A stretch of DNA of 39,107 nt, taken from Octopus bimaculoides. Its lineage: Eukaryota. The stretch spans positions 41,588,327-41,627,433 of the forward strand of contig NC_068985.1 in the NCBI RefSeq assembly GCF_001194135.2. The letters run 5' to 3'. Both the position numbers and the translations under genes were made by a program. Under the pieces are notes generated by a model that saw only the letters and a program-made list of their open reading frames with translations, ran no database searches and was not told the origin of the DNA. Shown here one piece after another: positions 11,986 to 23,820 of the stretch (positions are counted from its first letter, which is position 1; each line of letters begins with the position of its first letter).

Positions 11986-12729
11986 ATATGAAGGTATGCA
12001 TAAATGTATGTATATAGATATGTGTGTGTATATATATATATCTATATATATAGAAACATACATAAACACGCGCACACATGTATGTATGTGTGTGTATGTA
12101 TGTATGTATGTACGTACATATGTATATATGCAATTGTGCGAATGTATGTATGACAGACATGGTAGCATGGCGAATTTTATAAGTATCACCTTTATGACAT
12201 GTAATAAACATGCACACACCAGCCCAAAACCCGGACTATCTCAACTTCTCGTTCAGTTACTGCGAAATGCAGCGAAAATAATGAGACTAAAGAACATACA
12301 GAATACAGGTCTTCTGGAGCCTTAGTACCATTAATTTTTAGTGATTATCCCGATTATGTAAAGTCAAAACTTCCTTGGATTTCTTGTCACCATTTTGCTA
12401 GAATCTACAGGTTTTCGCTGTTCTGCCCCACTTCTTTTCTCTTTTTTTTCGATATATCGTTTCCCCAAACCTCCAATCTTTGTCACCTTATTTGACTTCA
12501 AAAATCTTTTTGGAATTAAAATTAAGAGGGCTCATAATATATATACGAATATTTTTCTTCTTGAAGAATTGACTCAAATACGAGGATTTCATAGAGAGAC
12601 CTAAATAAAAACAGAATTGTCTCAGAAGTATCTTATTCCCCAACCATCATGAAGAATGCCTATTTGATGAAACAAATGTAAAGGTTAAAGGAGTTCTCTT
12701 TATGCATTTATTTTGCAAGATTCCTGATT

Positions 12730-12960
12730 CTTACTTTAGTGTCCATTGTCTGAAATCTTTTGTCGCTCTTCCTGTGACCTCTTCAGCAACTTTCAATCTG
12801 ACGTGTCTCCTGTTCTGTTTAGTTCATTCTGTCTAAATGTTAGTTATCCTCTCTGCTTATCATCCAATTACCGAATAGGTTAAATATAATTCTCCAACGA
12901 ATATCCTGCTTGTTCTGCTCTCTATACTTCTACATTCGTTGTCATACTTCTTAGTTCGCA
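12730..12960 (-). mobile_element. Highly decayed RTE LINE C-terminal remnant
   Basis: Minus-strand translation with stops AEQAGYSLENYI*PIR*LDDKQRG...LKVAEEVTGRATKDFRQ resembles the RTE C-terminus (GLENL..TGKL.GKR.RG...AEDR..WR). Confidence 0.45.
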
Positions 12961-14003
12961 TTTTGTGTGTTAAAGAATGGTCCGAATTTGCGCTGCACGC
13001 CAGAAGACCTGGCCTAGAAACATAGAATGTTTTTCCTGTAGCATAGAAACATTCCGAGGGCTATCCTGATTTAAAATGCATTCCATTTCTGAGAATAGAC
13101 CCCCCCCACCTAGGGGATGTGTCTATAAGTCAGGAAAGTGTGCTGATACACTCATAGAAATTGTATTTATTAGTATAGATTAGCCTAAAGTGATAAGATT
13201 CTTAAGTTCAAATGTCGTTGGGAAATAATCTTGGAGTGAGGATAATGTGTTGTGTTGTTTTTTGCTTTCCTTCGAGTGTGATGCCCCGTGCTGTACTGAA
13301 ATGTTGGTCAGCGAAAGGTGGTTAATGATGTGGTTAAGTGTGTCGAAATATTTGACCACAGGTTGGCTCAGAATGCTCAGGACGACATGCAAAAGTACTT
13401 GAAACTGCGACCACCCAAGTAGGCTATGGCAAAATTTGAACTCAGTACTCACAGATCGGAAACAAATACCTTAAAGCAGTCGACGTTCTTACAGTTCTGT
13501 CAATTTACCGCCTCTGACTGGTCCTTTATTATCAACTCCATCAAGAAGGAGGACAGAGTTGACCTCGGTGGGATTTCTTTGCATGTGAAGCAATGTGTGG
13601 TGTTAGCGGACAGTCAGCTTCCTGAAGCAAACAGTTGCATCAGGCCTACATCAACGACGCTTGTCATACATTTGCAACATTATACACTACACATTATACA
13701 GTACAAGAAACGAAAGAAGATAGAGAAAAATATTGGTCGATTGAACGACCTCAAATAGGATTATTTAAAAAAAGATAATGGAAGTGGATTAATTGTGGAA
13801 GCCGTATAAATAGCAAGTATAAACCAAAAATAAATACCGCATTATAGCACTTGTGAAAAAACTATGAAAAATATCAAGAATTAAGCGTTCAACATTTCTA
13901 AATCCGGCAAAGTTCTAACATCATTCTTATGATCTTTTGTAGGCTGTGTTTGTGTGTTTGTGTGTGTGTACATGCATGTGTGAATATCTTTGACATATAT
14001 ACA

Positions 14004-14056
<53 letters not shown>

Positions 14057-14977
14057 GCATACATGTACGTTTATGTACGTGTGTGTATATATGTGTGTTA
14101 TTTGCACGCACACACACACATATATGTAAAAATATTCGTATATAACCATATTAATATCTATGTATGCTTGAATGTGTGCGAATGTATATGCATTCACACT
14201 TTCACACACATACACACATACACACACATATGCATACACACACGCACATTTCTGTGAACACATACGCACATAAATACATACGTAAATACACATATATTTA
14301 TCTATCGACCTATCCTATCCATGTACACGCTAAATAATCTACATTAAGTGCTTACACTGCGGGGCATACCCATTATCAGCTGTCGTCTTGAGATCACAGC
14401 ATTTTCAGCACCTTCCGACAATATCACTCCCTCCAGGGGTGCCAAGTAGCGCTGATGCTAACAAAGAGAATATCCGAGGCGCTAACTCCATAATTCATCC
14501 ATCAGTCATGTACTTTGGAACATCAATTCTTTTCTTGTGATTTAACCAACATATTGCGAGAATGTCTGGTGGGTCTAGGTCTCGGTGTATTGAGTGTGAA
14601 TCGTTAGCTTACTGAACCTAATGCGAGCAAGATCTTAAAGTATAGACATACATACATTTCTTGTATCTTGCAATTGATGGTGTTGTTTAATCCTAAGAGG
14701 CTGCTGACTGAGCAGAACTGTAATCAAAGGCGTTCCAGCCGTTAAGACCACGCCATTTATTCTTTCTTTATCTTTTCTCTTACATTGTGCTCTTCAGACT
14801 ACATTATCTGATGTGTCCTGCAGGTTGAGGTCCGAAGTACCTTGCCGTAGTTTGCAGTCGGGCACTGGAACTTATCGCAAGTAATATTTCTATGTATATT
14901 TATCTATCTCTTTCAATGATTTTCCTATCAGAAGGGGATTGTTTCTAACTAAGAATTGGAATGTACATATACATACA

Positions 14978-15030
<53 letters not shown>

Positions 15031-15450
15031 ATATATATATNNNNNNNNNNNNNNNNNNNNNNNNNNNNNNNNNNNNNNNNNNNNNNNNNNNNNNNNNNNN
15101 NNNNNNNNNNNNNNNNNNNNNNNNNNNNNNNNNNNNNNNNNNNNNNNNNNNNNNNNNNNNNNNNNNNNNNNNNNNNNNNNNNNNNNNNNNNNNNNNNNNN
15201 NNNNNNNNNNNNNNNNNNNNNNNNNNNNNNNNNNNNNNNNNNNNNNNNNNNNNNNNNNNNNNNNNNNNNNNNNNNNNNNNNNNNNNNNNNNNNNNNNNNN
15301 NNNNNNNNNNNNNNNNNNNNNNNNNNNNNNNNNNNNNNNNNNNNNNNNNNNNNNNNNNNNNNNNNNNNNNNNNNNNNNNNNNNNNNNNNNNNNNNNNNNN
15401 NNNNNNNNNNNNNNNNNNNNNNNNNNNNNNNNNNNNNNNNNNNNNNNNNN

Positions 15451-15719
15451 GTAAACTGAAAGAAGCCTGTCGTATATATGTATATATATATGTATGTGTG
15501 TGTATGTTTGTGTGTCTGTGTTTGTCCCCCCAACATCGCTTGACAACCGATGGTGGTGTGTTTACGTCCCCGTAACTTAGCGGTTCGGCAAAAGAAACCG
15601 ATAGAATAAGTACTAGGTTTACAAAGAATAAGTCCTGGGGTCGATTTGCTCGACTAAAGGCGGTGCTCCAGCATGGCCACAGTCAAATGACTGAAACAAA
15701 TAAAAGAATAAAAGAATAA

Positions 15720-15720
<1 letters not shown>
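15451..15720 (+). mobile_element. SINE family B, 3' part after a gap
   Basis: Near-identical to 36007-36279, with a taaaagaa tail. Confidence 0.9.
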
Positions 15721-15755
<35 letters not shown>

Positions 15756-16201
15756 GCATACATACATACACATACATATATATCCTTTAAGTCCGTTTGT
15801 GTTGAAACGTTTTTGAGTGTGCTCATAAAAGCTCCCATACTATTTATTCCGGCTACCGCTTATTGTTCACATTTTCCAGAGTAAATTTATGGGAAGGTTA
15901 TTAGTCTGATGCCGGTATAGCATAGGACGAACTTAGGATGGAAATGTGTTCCATCCAATGTTCTTGCTAATTCATACACACACACACCCACATATATATA
16001 GATTATGAGAGGTAATAGTGTCAAGAAGACCGAAAGGTGTCAGGTAATGCTGAGTAAGTGCTATGGACAGGTTCGGTGATTATGCGAATGATGAGTCCAA
16101 CGTAGGTCATATATCAGCATGCGTAAATATATTTAAAAAAAAAATGAACAGAATGAGATAAATATTGAAGGTTGTGAAAGATTTCAGACCATTTATAAAT
16201 T

Positions 16202-16251
16202 GGCTTTACAGCTGTTTCCGGGACATCTGATATATCCCTTCATCGGAGACG
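16202..16251 (-). ncRNA. Minimal hammerhead ribozyme-like motif (left arm)
   Basis: Minus strand: gtct-CCGATGA-a-gggatat-atcag-atgtccc-g-GAA-ACAGCTGT-A-aagcc. 7-bp stem II, palindromic stem III. Confidence 0.6.
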
Positions 16252-16696
16252 GTGTGAGAAAATGGTTAAGCAATAGTTATTCTAGATAAGATATGAAATA
16301 GAGAGTGAAGTGGAGGAATGAAAATAGACGTGAGATATGCAGAGATATTGTATCTGCAGTTCCATTATTTAGCCAGAACGGTATACATATAAGATTCCTG
16401 GCAGTGGCAGGCAAACCCTACCTTGCGTTGAAAAACATTGCATCCAAAGACTCACTTAAAAAAACCCTCGATTCAATAACAACGTTTACAAACTCTGTGC
16501 TTGGAATGACCAATTTTTAATACTATTGGAACTTACTCACAAGGTACAGGAATCTTATATATATACCGTTCTGCCTAAATAATGGAACTGAATATACAAT
16601 ATCCTTGCATATCTTACATCTATTTTCATTCCTCTACTTCACTCTCTATTTCATATCTTATCTAGAATAACTATTGCTTAACCATTTTCTCACACC

Positions 16697-16745
16697 GGCT
16701 CCGATGAAGGGGTATATAAAATATCTCGGAAACAGCTGTAAGACC
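16697..16745 (+). ncRNA. Minimal hammerhead ribozyme-like motif (right arm)
   Basis: ggct-CCGATGA-a-ggggtatat-aaa-atatctc-g-GAA-ACAGCTGT-A-agacc. Predicted GUA cleavage triplet 16738-16740. Confidence 0.6.
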
Positions 16746-16805
16746 TTCTGTTTATAAATGTTCTGAAATATTTCACAGCCTTGGATTTTTATCTCATTCT
16801 GTTAA

Positions 16806-16852
<47 letters not shown>

Positions 16853-16871
16853 GTTTTAGAAGAGTTTGTAT

Positions 16872-17210
16872 ATCTTTCTTCTTCAAGAGGCAACAGCCAA
16901 TATGCTCTTCGCCATGTTGCACCAAACATCCCTGTCCCTCATCGACTTTGGGAGGTTCTCAGTTTCATCTTATGTCTCTGCCAATAATATCCATGTAGCT
17001 GAGTCTCCTTTGTCCATTACTGGGTTGTTTAAATCACTCAAACATAACATCTGATATGAGTTTTTGTTTACTACGATGGCAATGGCAGGCAAACCCTACC
17101 TTGCTTTGAACAACATTGCATCCAAAGACGGGTGTAATGTATCAATAAATCTCTTGCGCCATGTTCTCATGCCATGGGATGTTCTGAGCACGTACGAGAC
17201 TCATGACGTA
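16872..17210 (-). mobile_element. Decayed 3' end of an RTE LINE (family distinct from the zinc-finger one)
   Basis: Minus translation RAQNIPWHE...EIY...VQSKVGFACHCHRSKQKLISDVMF...GQRRLSYMDIIGRD.(fs).ETENLPKSMRDRDVWCNMAKSILAVAS*, then a (GAA)-like tail. Matches the RTE C-terminal pattern RRLRFAGHC.R...ISD...GR.RL.Y.D...DR..W. Confidence 0.7.
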
Positions 17211-17581
17211 CCTATATTTTTCATATTCCGCTTATACATTGAACTTGACTTATAATATATTTGTGGGATGGGTTCCATTTTTTTTTTCTTTTGTCGTGAA
17301 AATCCCAACCTTTCTTTTTAAAAAAATATTGCCGAAGCAGTAACATAGCCAAGTGAACCAATATCAATAAGTAGATTTTCGAATTTAGAATCTTTGCAGA
17401 GAAATTGTTGATTTCCATGTCGTTGTCCATAAATGTTCTCTTTCTCGCCCATTGTGAATAAAACGTTCACATCTGCTGGGCAGATGAATTCCACGGCTGG
17501 ACAAAATTTTCATTTTCTATTCTAAACAACCGTGTCAATTTTGTTGTTGTTGCTGTTGTGACAGAGGTTGTGGTCGTATTT

Positions 17582-17627
<46 letters not shown>

Positions 17628-18224
17628 TGCTGCTGCTGTTGCTGTTGCTGTTTAAGTTCAGGTCAGCGAGTCAGCAGCCCTGTTTCAGTCGACCTACAAT
17701 CAAAGACATTTCATCATTGATCAGCACTTTCTTTTACATTATCAGGACTACACTATCCGGTGTGTCTTTCCGCTCTTTTTTTTTAAAGACAGTGAAGTGC
17801 TGTTTGCAGGAGATTTAACTGTTATTTCAATTAGTTCAAAGAATCTTTCTCTCTCTCTCTCTTCCTCTTTATCTCCCTTCTTTCCTATCCCCCACCTCTC
17901 TCAACAACTCGAAAATTTTGATGGAGATATTCCCTCAACATTTCTTGTGTTGAAACATTGCGCGTGTATTCAAAAACATATCACGTTGAAAACACCGGTT
18001 CTCGTACGATCACCGATGTTAAGTAACATCGAGCCTAGTTAGTACTTAAATGACTAACCGCTTTGGAAAACTGGGTGCTATATACATAACTTTTAGCTAA
18101 AGGCGACACTCCAGCATCACCTCATCCTCTGGCTGAAGCCATTATGTTATACTAGAAATACTTCAGTGAACTTTTGAGAAGGGGGCTGATGATATATAAT
18201 ACTTTCCACATAAATGCAATATAA

Positions 18225-19212
18225 TCATGGCACCAGCAGACAAAATGGAAAAGGCGTTGCTCCGGAGGCGAGGTTTTTTTTTCCCCACGAGAGTTCCGGA
18301 CACCAGTAATGAACTCATTAGCATACAGCCAATCAGAGCTGACTTTGACCTTGTTGTCAAGTTAACAAAAGTTGTTGCTGGTGACAGAAACCGCATTGGT
18401 GCTGGCAGACCGCTGAAGGATTGTTTAAAAGTGTGAAAAGAAAGGTGCCGTTCAGCTCTCAGATTATGCCTAACAAGAACAAGCCTTATTAAAAGAGAAA
18501 AGAAGCATGGTCATTCCATACCCAAGTGACCTTATCTTATCACCCATCACTTATTATGCGCTCATAAATTAGTTTGATATTTGAGCTCTGATTGGCTGTA
18601 TGCAAATGAGTTCATAACTGAGGTCTGGAACTCCCTTGGGAAAAAATTTCGCGTCTCGGAGAATAGTGAAGGAGATGCACTGGAATAGTCACTCTGACTC
18701 ACGGGGATCGCACTTGCGGACAGCGATCTCCACCCTGATAGCGGTGAGCAGGGATATGGTCCGGAGGCCAAGAACGCCGGAGGCCAAGAACGCCGGAGGC
18801 CAAGAACGCCAGAGGCTTCTCTTCCCAGCTAGAGCCAGCGGGGCTAGACCGAGAGGACGGTAAAAAACCGGACGGTATGACAATTTTCCCGTTCCGTGGT
18901 AGTAGGCCCCTCATGTGGGATCTCACATACTGTGACACCTTCTTCAGTTGCAACTTGGTATTGTCAGCTACCGGCCCAGGCTCTGCAGCTCGTCAGGCTG
19001 AGAAAAGCAAACTATTATGGTATCGGCCGCTCTCCGATAGGTTTATGGTCGTACCTGTGGCAGCTGAAACCTCCGGTGTTCTTGGCCCTCGGACCACATT
19101 CCTGCACACCGCTATTGGAGCAGAGATTGCTGTCTGCAAGTACAAGCCCCGTGAGTTTCCCTCGCTGTCCTACGGAGCAACGCCTTTTCCATTTTGTCTG
19201 CTGGTACCATGA
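18225..19212. mobile_element. Non-autonomous TIR (MITE/foldback) element with long split TIRs
   Basis: 18225-18268 pairs with 19169-19212 (tcatgg(c/t)accagcagacaaaatggaaaaggcgttgctccg). 18697-18783 pairs with 19070-19156. No transposase ORF and no clear TSD. Confidence 0.7.
18268..18656. mobile_element. Inner MITE nested in the left TIR of the outer element
   Basis: About 75-bp arms (to 18340 and from 18584) are inverted copies. Candidate 5-bp TSD cggag at 18263-18267 and 18657-18661. Confidence 0.65.
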
Positions 19213-19464
19213 GAAATGTTGAACTATGGTAGAAGAAAGTGGCCTTTGTTACGACTAATTATCAACTAAAACACTGTTAGAAAAAAATTCTTTTGGATGC
19301 ATTTGGGGGGTGAAGGTGGCTAATAACTTCAATATCTCATTTGTTCATGGGCATTTTGAAACTCTCTCTTACTTTTCGATTGCAATAACATAACCTTTGA
19401 AATGAGACATATCAAAATGAGGCTGCACTTCCAGGAAATATTAGAATATATTATTTTTTCATTT

Positions 19465-19965
19465 AGGCGCAGGTTGTATGGTGGGGAAGCTCGCTTTGCA
19501 AGCATGTAGTTTCGGCTTCAGTCCCACTGCGCGGCAAGTGTCATCTTTAGGTCTGAGCCAACCAATGCCTTGTGAGTAAATTTAGTTAACGGAAAATGTG
19601 TGAAAACCTGTCATATATATATANNNNNNNNNNNNNNNNNNNNNNNNNNNNNNNNNNNNNNNNNNNNNNNNNNNNNNNNNNNNNNNNNNNNNNNNNNNNN
19701 NNNNNNNNNNNNNNNNNNNNNNNNNNNNNNNNNNNNNNNNNNNNNNNNNNNNNNNNNNNNNNNNNNNNNNNNNNNNNNNNNNNNNNNNNNNNNNNNNNNN
19801 NNNNNNNNNNNNNNNNNNTGTCACGTTACATAGCGATTCGGCAAAAGGGACGATAAAATAAGTACTAGATTTTAACAAAATAAACAGTGGAGTCGCTTTG
19901 TTCCATTAAACACTTCAAGGAGGTGTTCCAGCGTGGCTGCAGTACAATGAATGAAGCAAGTGAAG
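19465..19965 (+). mobile_element. Decayed SINE family B spanning a gap
   Basis: Head-like sequence before the gap (cagtcccactgcg); 3' module after it (gttccagcgtggctgcagt). Confidence 0.6.
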
Positions 19966-20040
19966 GAAAATGTAAGCAAAATGTTTCTCCATCAATATCA
20001 GTCGATGTTGGCTCCTCCAGACGATTTTGGTATAACATGT

Positions 20041-20257
20041 TGGTTTCAAATGTTGGCATGAGGCCAGTAATATCGGGACAGGGGCTAAATCGATAACATC
20101 AATCCCCAGCACTTGAATGGTATTTAGTTTACCGACCTCGCAAAGGATGCAAGTCAAAGTGGACCTTGGCTGAATTTGAGCTTAGGACGTCAAGACGGAC
20201 GAAATGCCGCTCGACATTTTGCCCAGCATGCTAACGATTCTGCCAGCCCGCCGCCCT
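20041..20257 (-). mobile_element. SINE family A
   Basis: Aligns with 4402-4615 and 6461-6683. Confidence 0.85.
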
Positions 20258-20371
20258 AACATATTCAGATATTGTTGACTTCTTGAGAACAAGATTCCTT
20301 ACTCGTAAGATGTATGTTCCCTTTTAAAGACATGCTTTATTTATTTATTTACTTATTTATTTATCTTTCAT

Positions 20372-20838
20372 TTTTTATCTTTTACTTGTTTCAGTCATAA
20401 GATTGCAACCATGCAGAAGGCACCGCCTTGAAGAATTTTTAGTCGAAAGAAACAAGTTTTCTTTTTTTTTTTTTTTTTTTTGTTAAACTCCGTACTTATT
20501 CCGTCAGTCATTTTGGCCGAACCGCTAAGTTACGGAGACGTAAACATGCCAACACCGGTTGTCAAGTGGTGGTGAGAGACAGACACAAACATGAAGACAC
20601 ACATACACACACACAAACACGCGCGCGCGCACTCACATTCATACGCACTCCCACCACCACCACACACATGCATGTATATATACGGCGGGCTTCTTTCAGT
20701 GTTCGTCTACCAAATCCACTCACAAGGCTTTAGTCTACCTGTGGCTATAACAGCAGAGACTTGCCCAAATTGCCACGAGTGGCACTGAACCTGGAGCCAT
20801 GTAGTTGGGAAGCAAGCTTCTTACAACACAGCCTTGCC
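20372..20838 (-). mobile_element. SINE family B, full length
   Basis: Reverse complement aligns with 35873-36279, including the internal microsatellite. Confidence 0.85.
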
Positions 20839-21169
20839 TTTATTTATTTGATGCTACTGTTCCTGTCAGTATGCTAACGCTAGCTCAATTATAAGTCCGT
20901 TCATTCCTCTCTCGAGATGGGGTTGACAGATATTAGTATTTCTGATAGTTACCAGTTGATGTCAGGATTTTGCAGATTAAAACTAAAGACCAGTCAAGTA
21001 CAACAGTCATCAACTGCATCACGGTCACTAGTTTGTTGGGGGTCTATAAAAATAATAGGCATTAGGCCCTATCTCTCTTCCCTTGATTAACTTATAAATC
21101 TGTACCGGTATTACGAATGTTATGTGGAGATACTGTACATACGATCTTCACATGGCATTTGTAACATAC

Positions 21170-21582
21170 GTATGTGGTTGTCTACTCATGTAGAGTCTGA
21201 CCACCTCTTGTACTTACGACTTAGATCCATCATGGCGTCTGGATGTGGCTTTTTTAAACCAGATATTGTATTGAAGACACCCATATAAATTGCATATCTG
21301 ATTTGGACCACCAAGAGCTGCAGTTAAGCTCTGATCTTTATGGATTTAAAAATGTCTTTTGAAGCCTCTGTTAGATTTGCAGACCTTATCGCATACACGG
21401 CATTGAGAGGTGTGCACATATATTAAGACAGAGTAGAGTAGTGGATAAAGGTTCGTTTTTCATGGATCCGCCAATGAGATCTGAGCCCAGCAAAAGAAAG
21501 GCATGGTCTGTCACAAACCGTGCACACAAAGAGGTCACTGAGATACACCTTCTCGATCGCAACATCCTTCTTTAAATCTCTA
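21170..21582 (-). mobile_element. 5'-truncated RTE-like LINE with three C2H2 finger remnants and an 11-bp TSD
   Basis: ttgtaacatac at 21159-21169 and 21583-21593. Fingers CTVCDRPCLSFAGLRSHWRIH, CRVCDKVCKSNRGFKRHF*IH and a frameshifted CNLYGC..TISGLKSHIQ. 3' end gagtagacaaccac as in 1-193. Confidence 0.75.
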
Positions 21583-21699
21583 TTGTAACATACATACATC
21601 TCTCTCTCGCTCCTTCTCTCTCGCTCCTTCTCTCTCGCTCCCTCTCTCTCGCTCCCCCATCTCTCTCTCTTCACACACACATATATATATAATTATATG

Positions 21700-22510
21700 G
21701 ATATAATTATAATTAAGGGTACTGAGAAACAGCACCTACACGATAGAAATAGAGGTCATATGACTCGAAAACCGCATGATTTTTTAATACTTCATTAGTA
21801 CAGGTTGAAAGCGAGGTAAATGAATAAAAAAGATTTGGCAAAATTGTTAAGGTTAATTCTAGATTGAACGATTTCTGGTTTAGTAATATAAAAGTTACTT
21901 TACCTTCGTCAGTAGAATATACCAAAACGTGCATAAATGCAAATATATATACATACTCATACAAATACAATCGTATATGCACGAATACATATATATATTC
22001 ACACGTATACACGAGGCAAATCCCATTCTTCATCTCAACCACGCGCGTATTTGATCAAAATAATACCGCAGTGAATATAATAATCGGAATGAATAAATAT
22101 AACATATATATATGTATGTGTGTGTGTATACAATTAAGGATAAATTCATTACAAAAATAACGATCTTATCAGTGACCAGGATGTAATAAAAACCATAAAG
22201 GTAAGAATTAATATAGATATATAATTATGTAGATATATAATTATATAATTATACAGATATAATTATAATTAAGGGTATTGAGAAACAGCACATACAAGCT
22301 AGAAATAGAGGTCAAATGACTCTAAAACCACATAATTTTTTTTACACTCCATTAGCACGGGTTGGAAGCGAGGTAAATGAATAAAAAAGATTTGGCAAAA
22401 TTTTTAAGGTTAATTCTAGATCGAACGATTTCTGGTTTGGTAATATAAAAATTACTTTACCTTCGTTAGCAGAATATGCCAAAACGTACATAAACGCAAA
22501 TAAATATATA
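21700..22510. repeat. Diverged direct duplication, about 255-bp unit, offset 556 bp
   Basis: 21700-21955 vs 22256-22510 (gatataattataattaagggta...gcgaggtaaatgaataaaaaagatttggcaaaatt...). Confidence 0.9.
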
Positions 22511-22569
22511 TATATGTGTATATGTGTACACACACATACACACACATACATATATATATATGTATATAC

Positions 22570-22614
<45 letters not shown>

Positions 22615-23520
22615 NNNNNNNNNNAATAAAAAAGATTTGGCAAAATTTTTAAGGTTAATTCTAGATCGAACGATTTCTGGTTTGGTAATATAAAAATTAC
22701 TTTACCTTCGTTAGCAGAATATGCCAAAACGTACATAAACGCAAATAAATATATATATATGTGTATATGTGTACACACACATACACACACAAATATTATG
22801 TTGTTGAGGTTATAGTGGTTTTAATATTGGTACAAATTCACACACTTGTCTATCAGGCTAGTCATGTACATGACAAATAATCTGTATTGATTACTTGACA
22901 CTGCAGGATATACGCATTATCAGCCACATGAGAACACAGCCTTTTTAGTAACCTTCCGACAATATTACACCTTTGTGTAATATATTTTCATCAATATTTA
23001 TGTATCTGTTGCACTGTGAAACTAGCGAGGCAAATATAAGTGTTAATCTTTTCCGTTTCGTTTTTCGTTTATCTGTGTTCAACTATCACGCATTAAGATT
23101 TTTTTTTTGGGGGGGGGGGGTCAAATTCTGCTAGAAATGTAATTCAACTGCAGCGCTCTCTACCGACTAAACATAAAGAATGGAGACATTTCGAATTGTA
23201 GTCCTGAATATATTCCTAGAATGACAAGATGGTCACAACTGAAATGTGTTTAATCATTGGGTCTGTTTGATCGACGCTGACATGCTACAGAACAATAAGT
23301 TAGTTTTAAACAAGATACTGTCTTCGAAAGTAAAATGTCAAAAATCCTGCTGGAAAGACACGAATTGCCAGATCACTCAACTTCACCTTAAATAATATGG
23401 AAAAAAATCTTTCAGCTATTTTCAAAAGGCATTTATAAATCGGTTTAGTAGATAATGACGACAGAAAGAAAATTGTAAATACCAAAATTCAGATATACGT
23501 TGGAATAAAGAAATTTGTGA

Positions 23521-23820
23521 AGGCACATGGCTCAGTAGTTAGAGCGTCGGGCTCACAATCATGAGGTAGTGATTTCAGGACCGGGCTATGTGTTGTGTTC
23601 TTGATCTAGACATTTTATTTCACGTTGCTCCAGTTCACTCATCTGTAGAAATGAATTGTGATGTCACTGGAGCTAAGCTGTATCGGCCTGATAACATCAG
23701 TAGCGTAGAGACGGGAGACTGGTGGTCTTCCATAAACAATCTTGCCTGAACTTGTGCCTCGAAGGGGAACTTTCTAGGGGCAATCCCATAGTCATTCATG
23801 ACCGAAATGGTCTTTTTTTT
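23521..23820 (+). mobile_element. tRNA-derived SINE, family C
   Basis: Head tggctcagtagttagagcgtcgggctc; central ttatttcacgttgctccagttcactc (Meta/V-domain-like, unverified). Confidence 0.7.

Larger units (their letters stand above)
16147..16803. mobile_element. Penelope-like element remnant with inverted pLTRs (about 255-bp arms)
   Basis: 16147-16400 is the reverse complement of 16547-16803 along its whole length, with scattered mismatches. Each arm has a hammerhead-like motif. (TA)n follows the right arm. Confidence 0.75.

Noticed and set aside
14824-14880. 57-bp AG/GT-bounded candidate exon (LRSEVPCRSLQSGTGTYR)
   Set aside because: The acceptor comes from a repeat fragment, the donor is weak, the peptide is unrecognised and there are no partner exons.
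18761-18815. CRISPR-like array
   Set aside because: Contiguous tandem units without spacers, in eukaryotic context.
18163-19222. Cluster of overlapping 60-110 aa ORFs
   Set aside because: By-product of GC-rich TIR sequence; no recognisable protein.
21423-21680. C2H2 ORF as a host zinc-finger gene exon
   Set aside because: Lies within a TSD-bounded, tail-bearing repeat with a second family copy; neighbouring fingers have stops and frameshifts.
22625-22790. Third copy of the 21.7-kb duplication
   Set aside because: Identical to about 22379-22545 across a 10-N gap, typical of an unmerged contig overlap.
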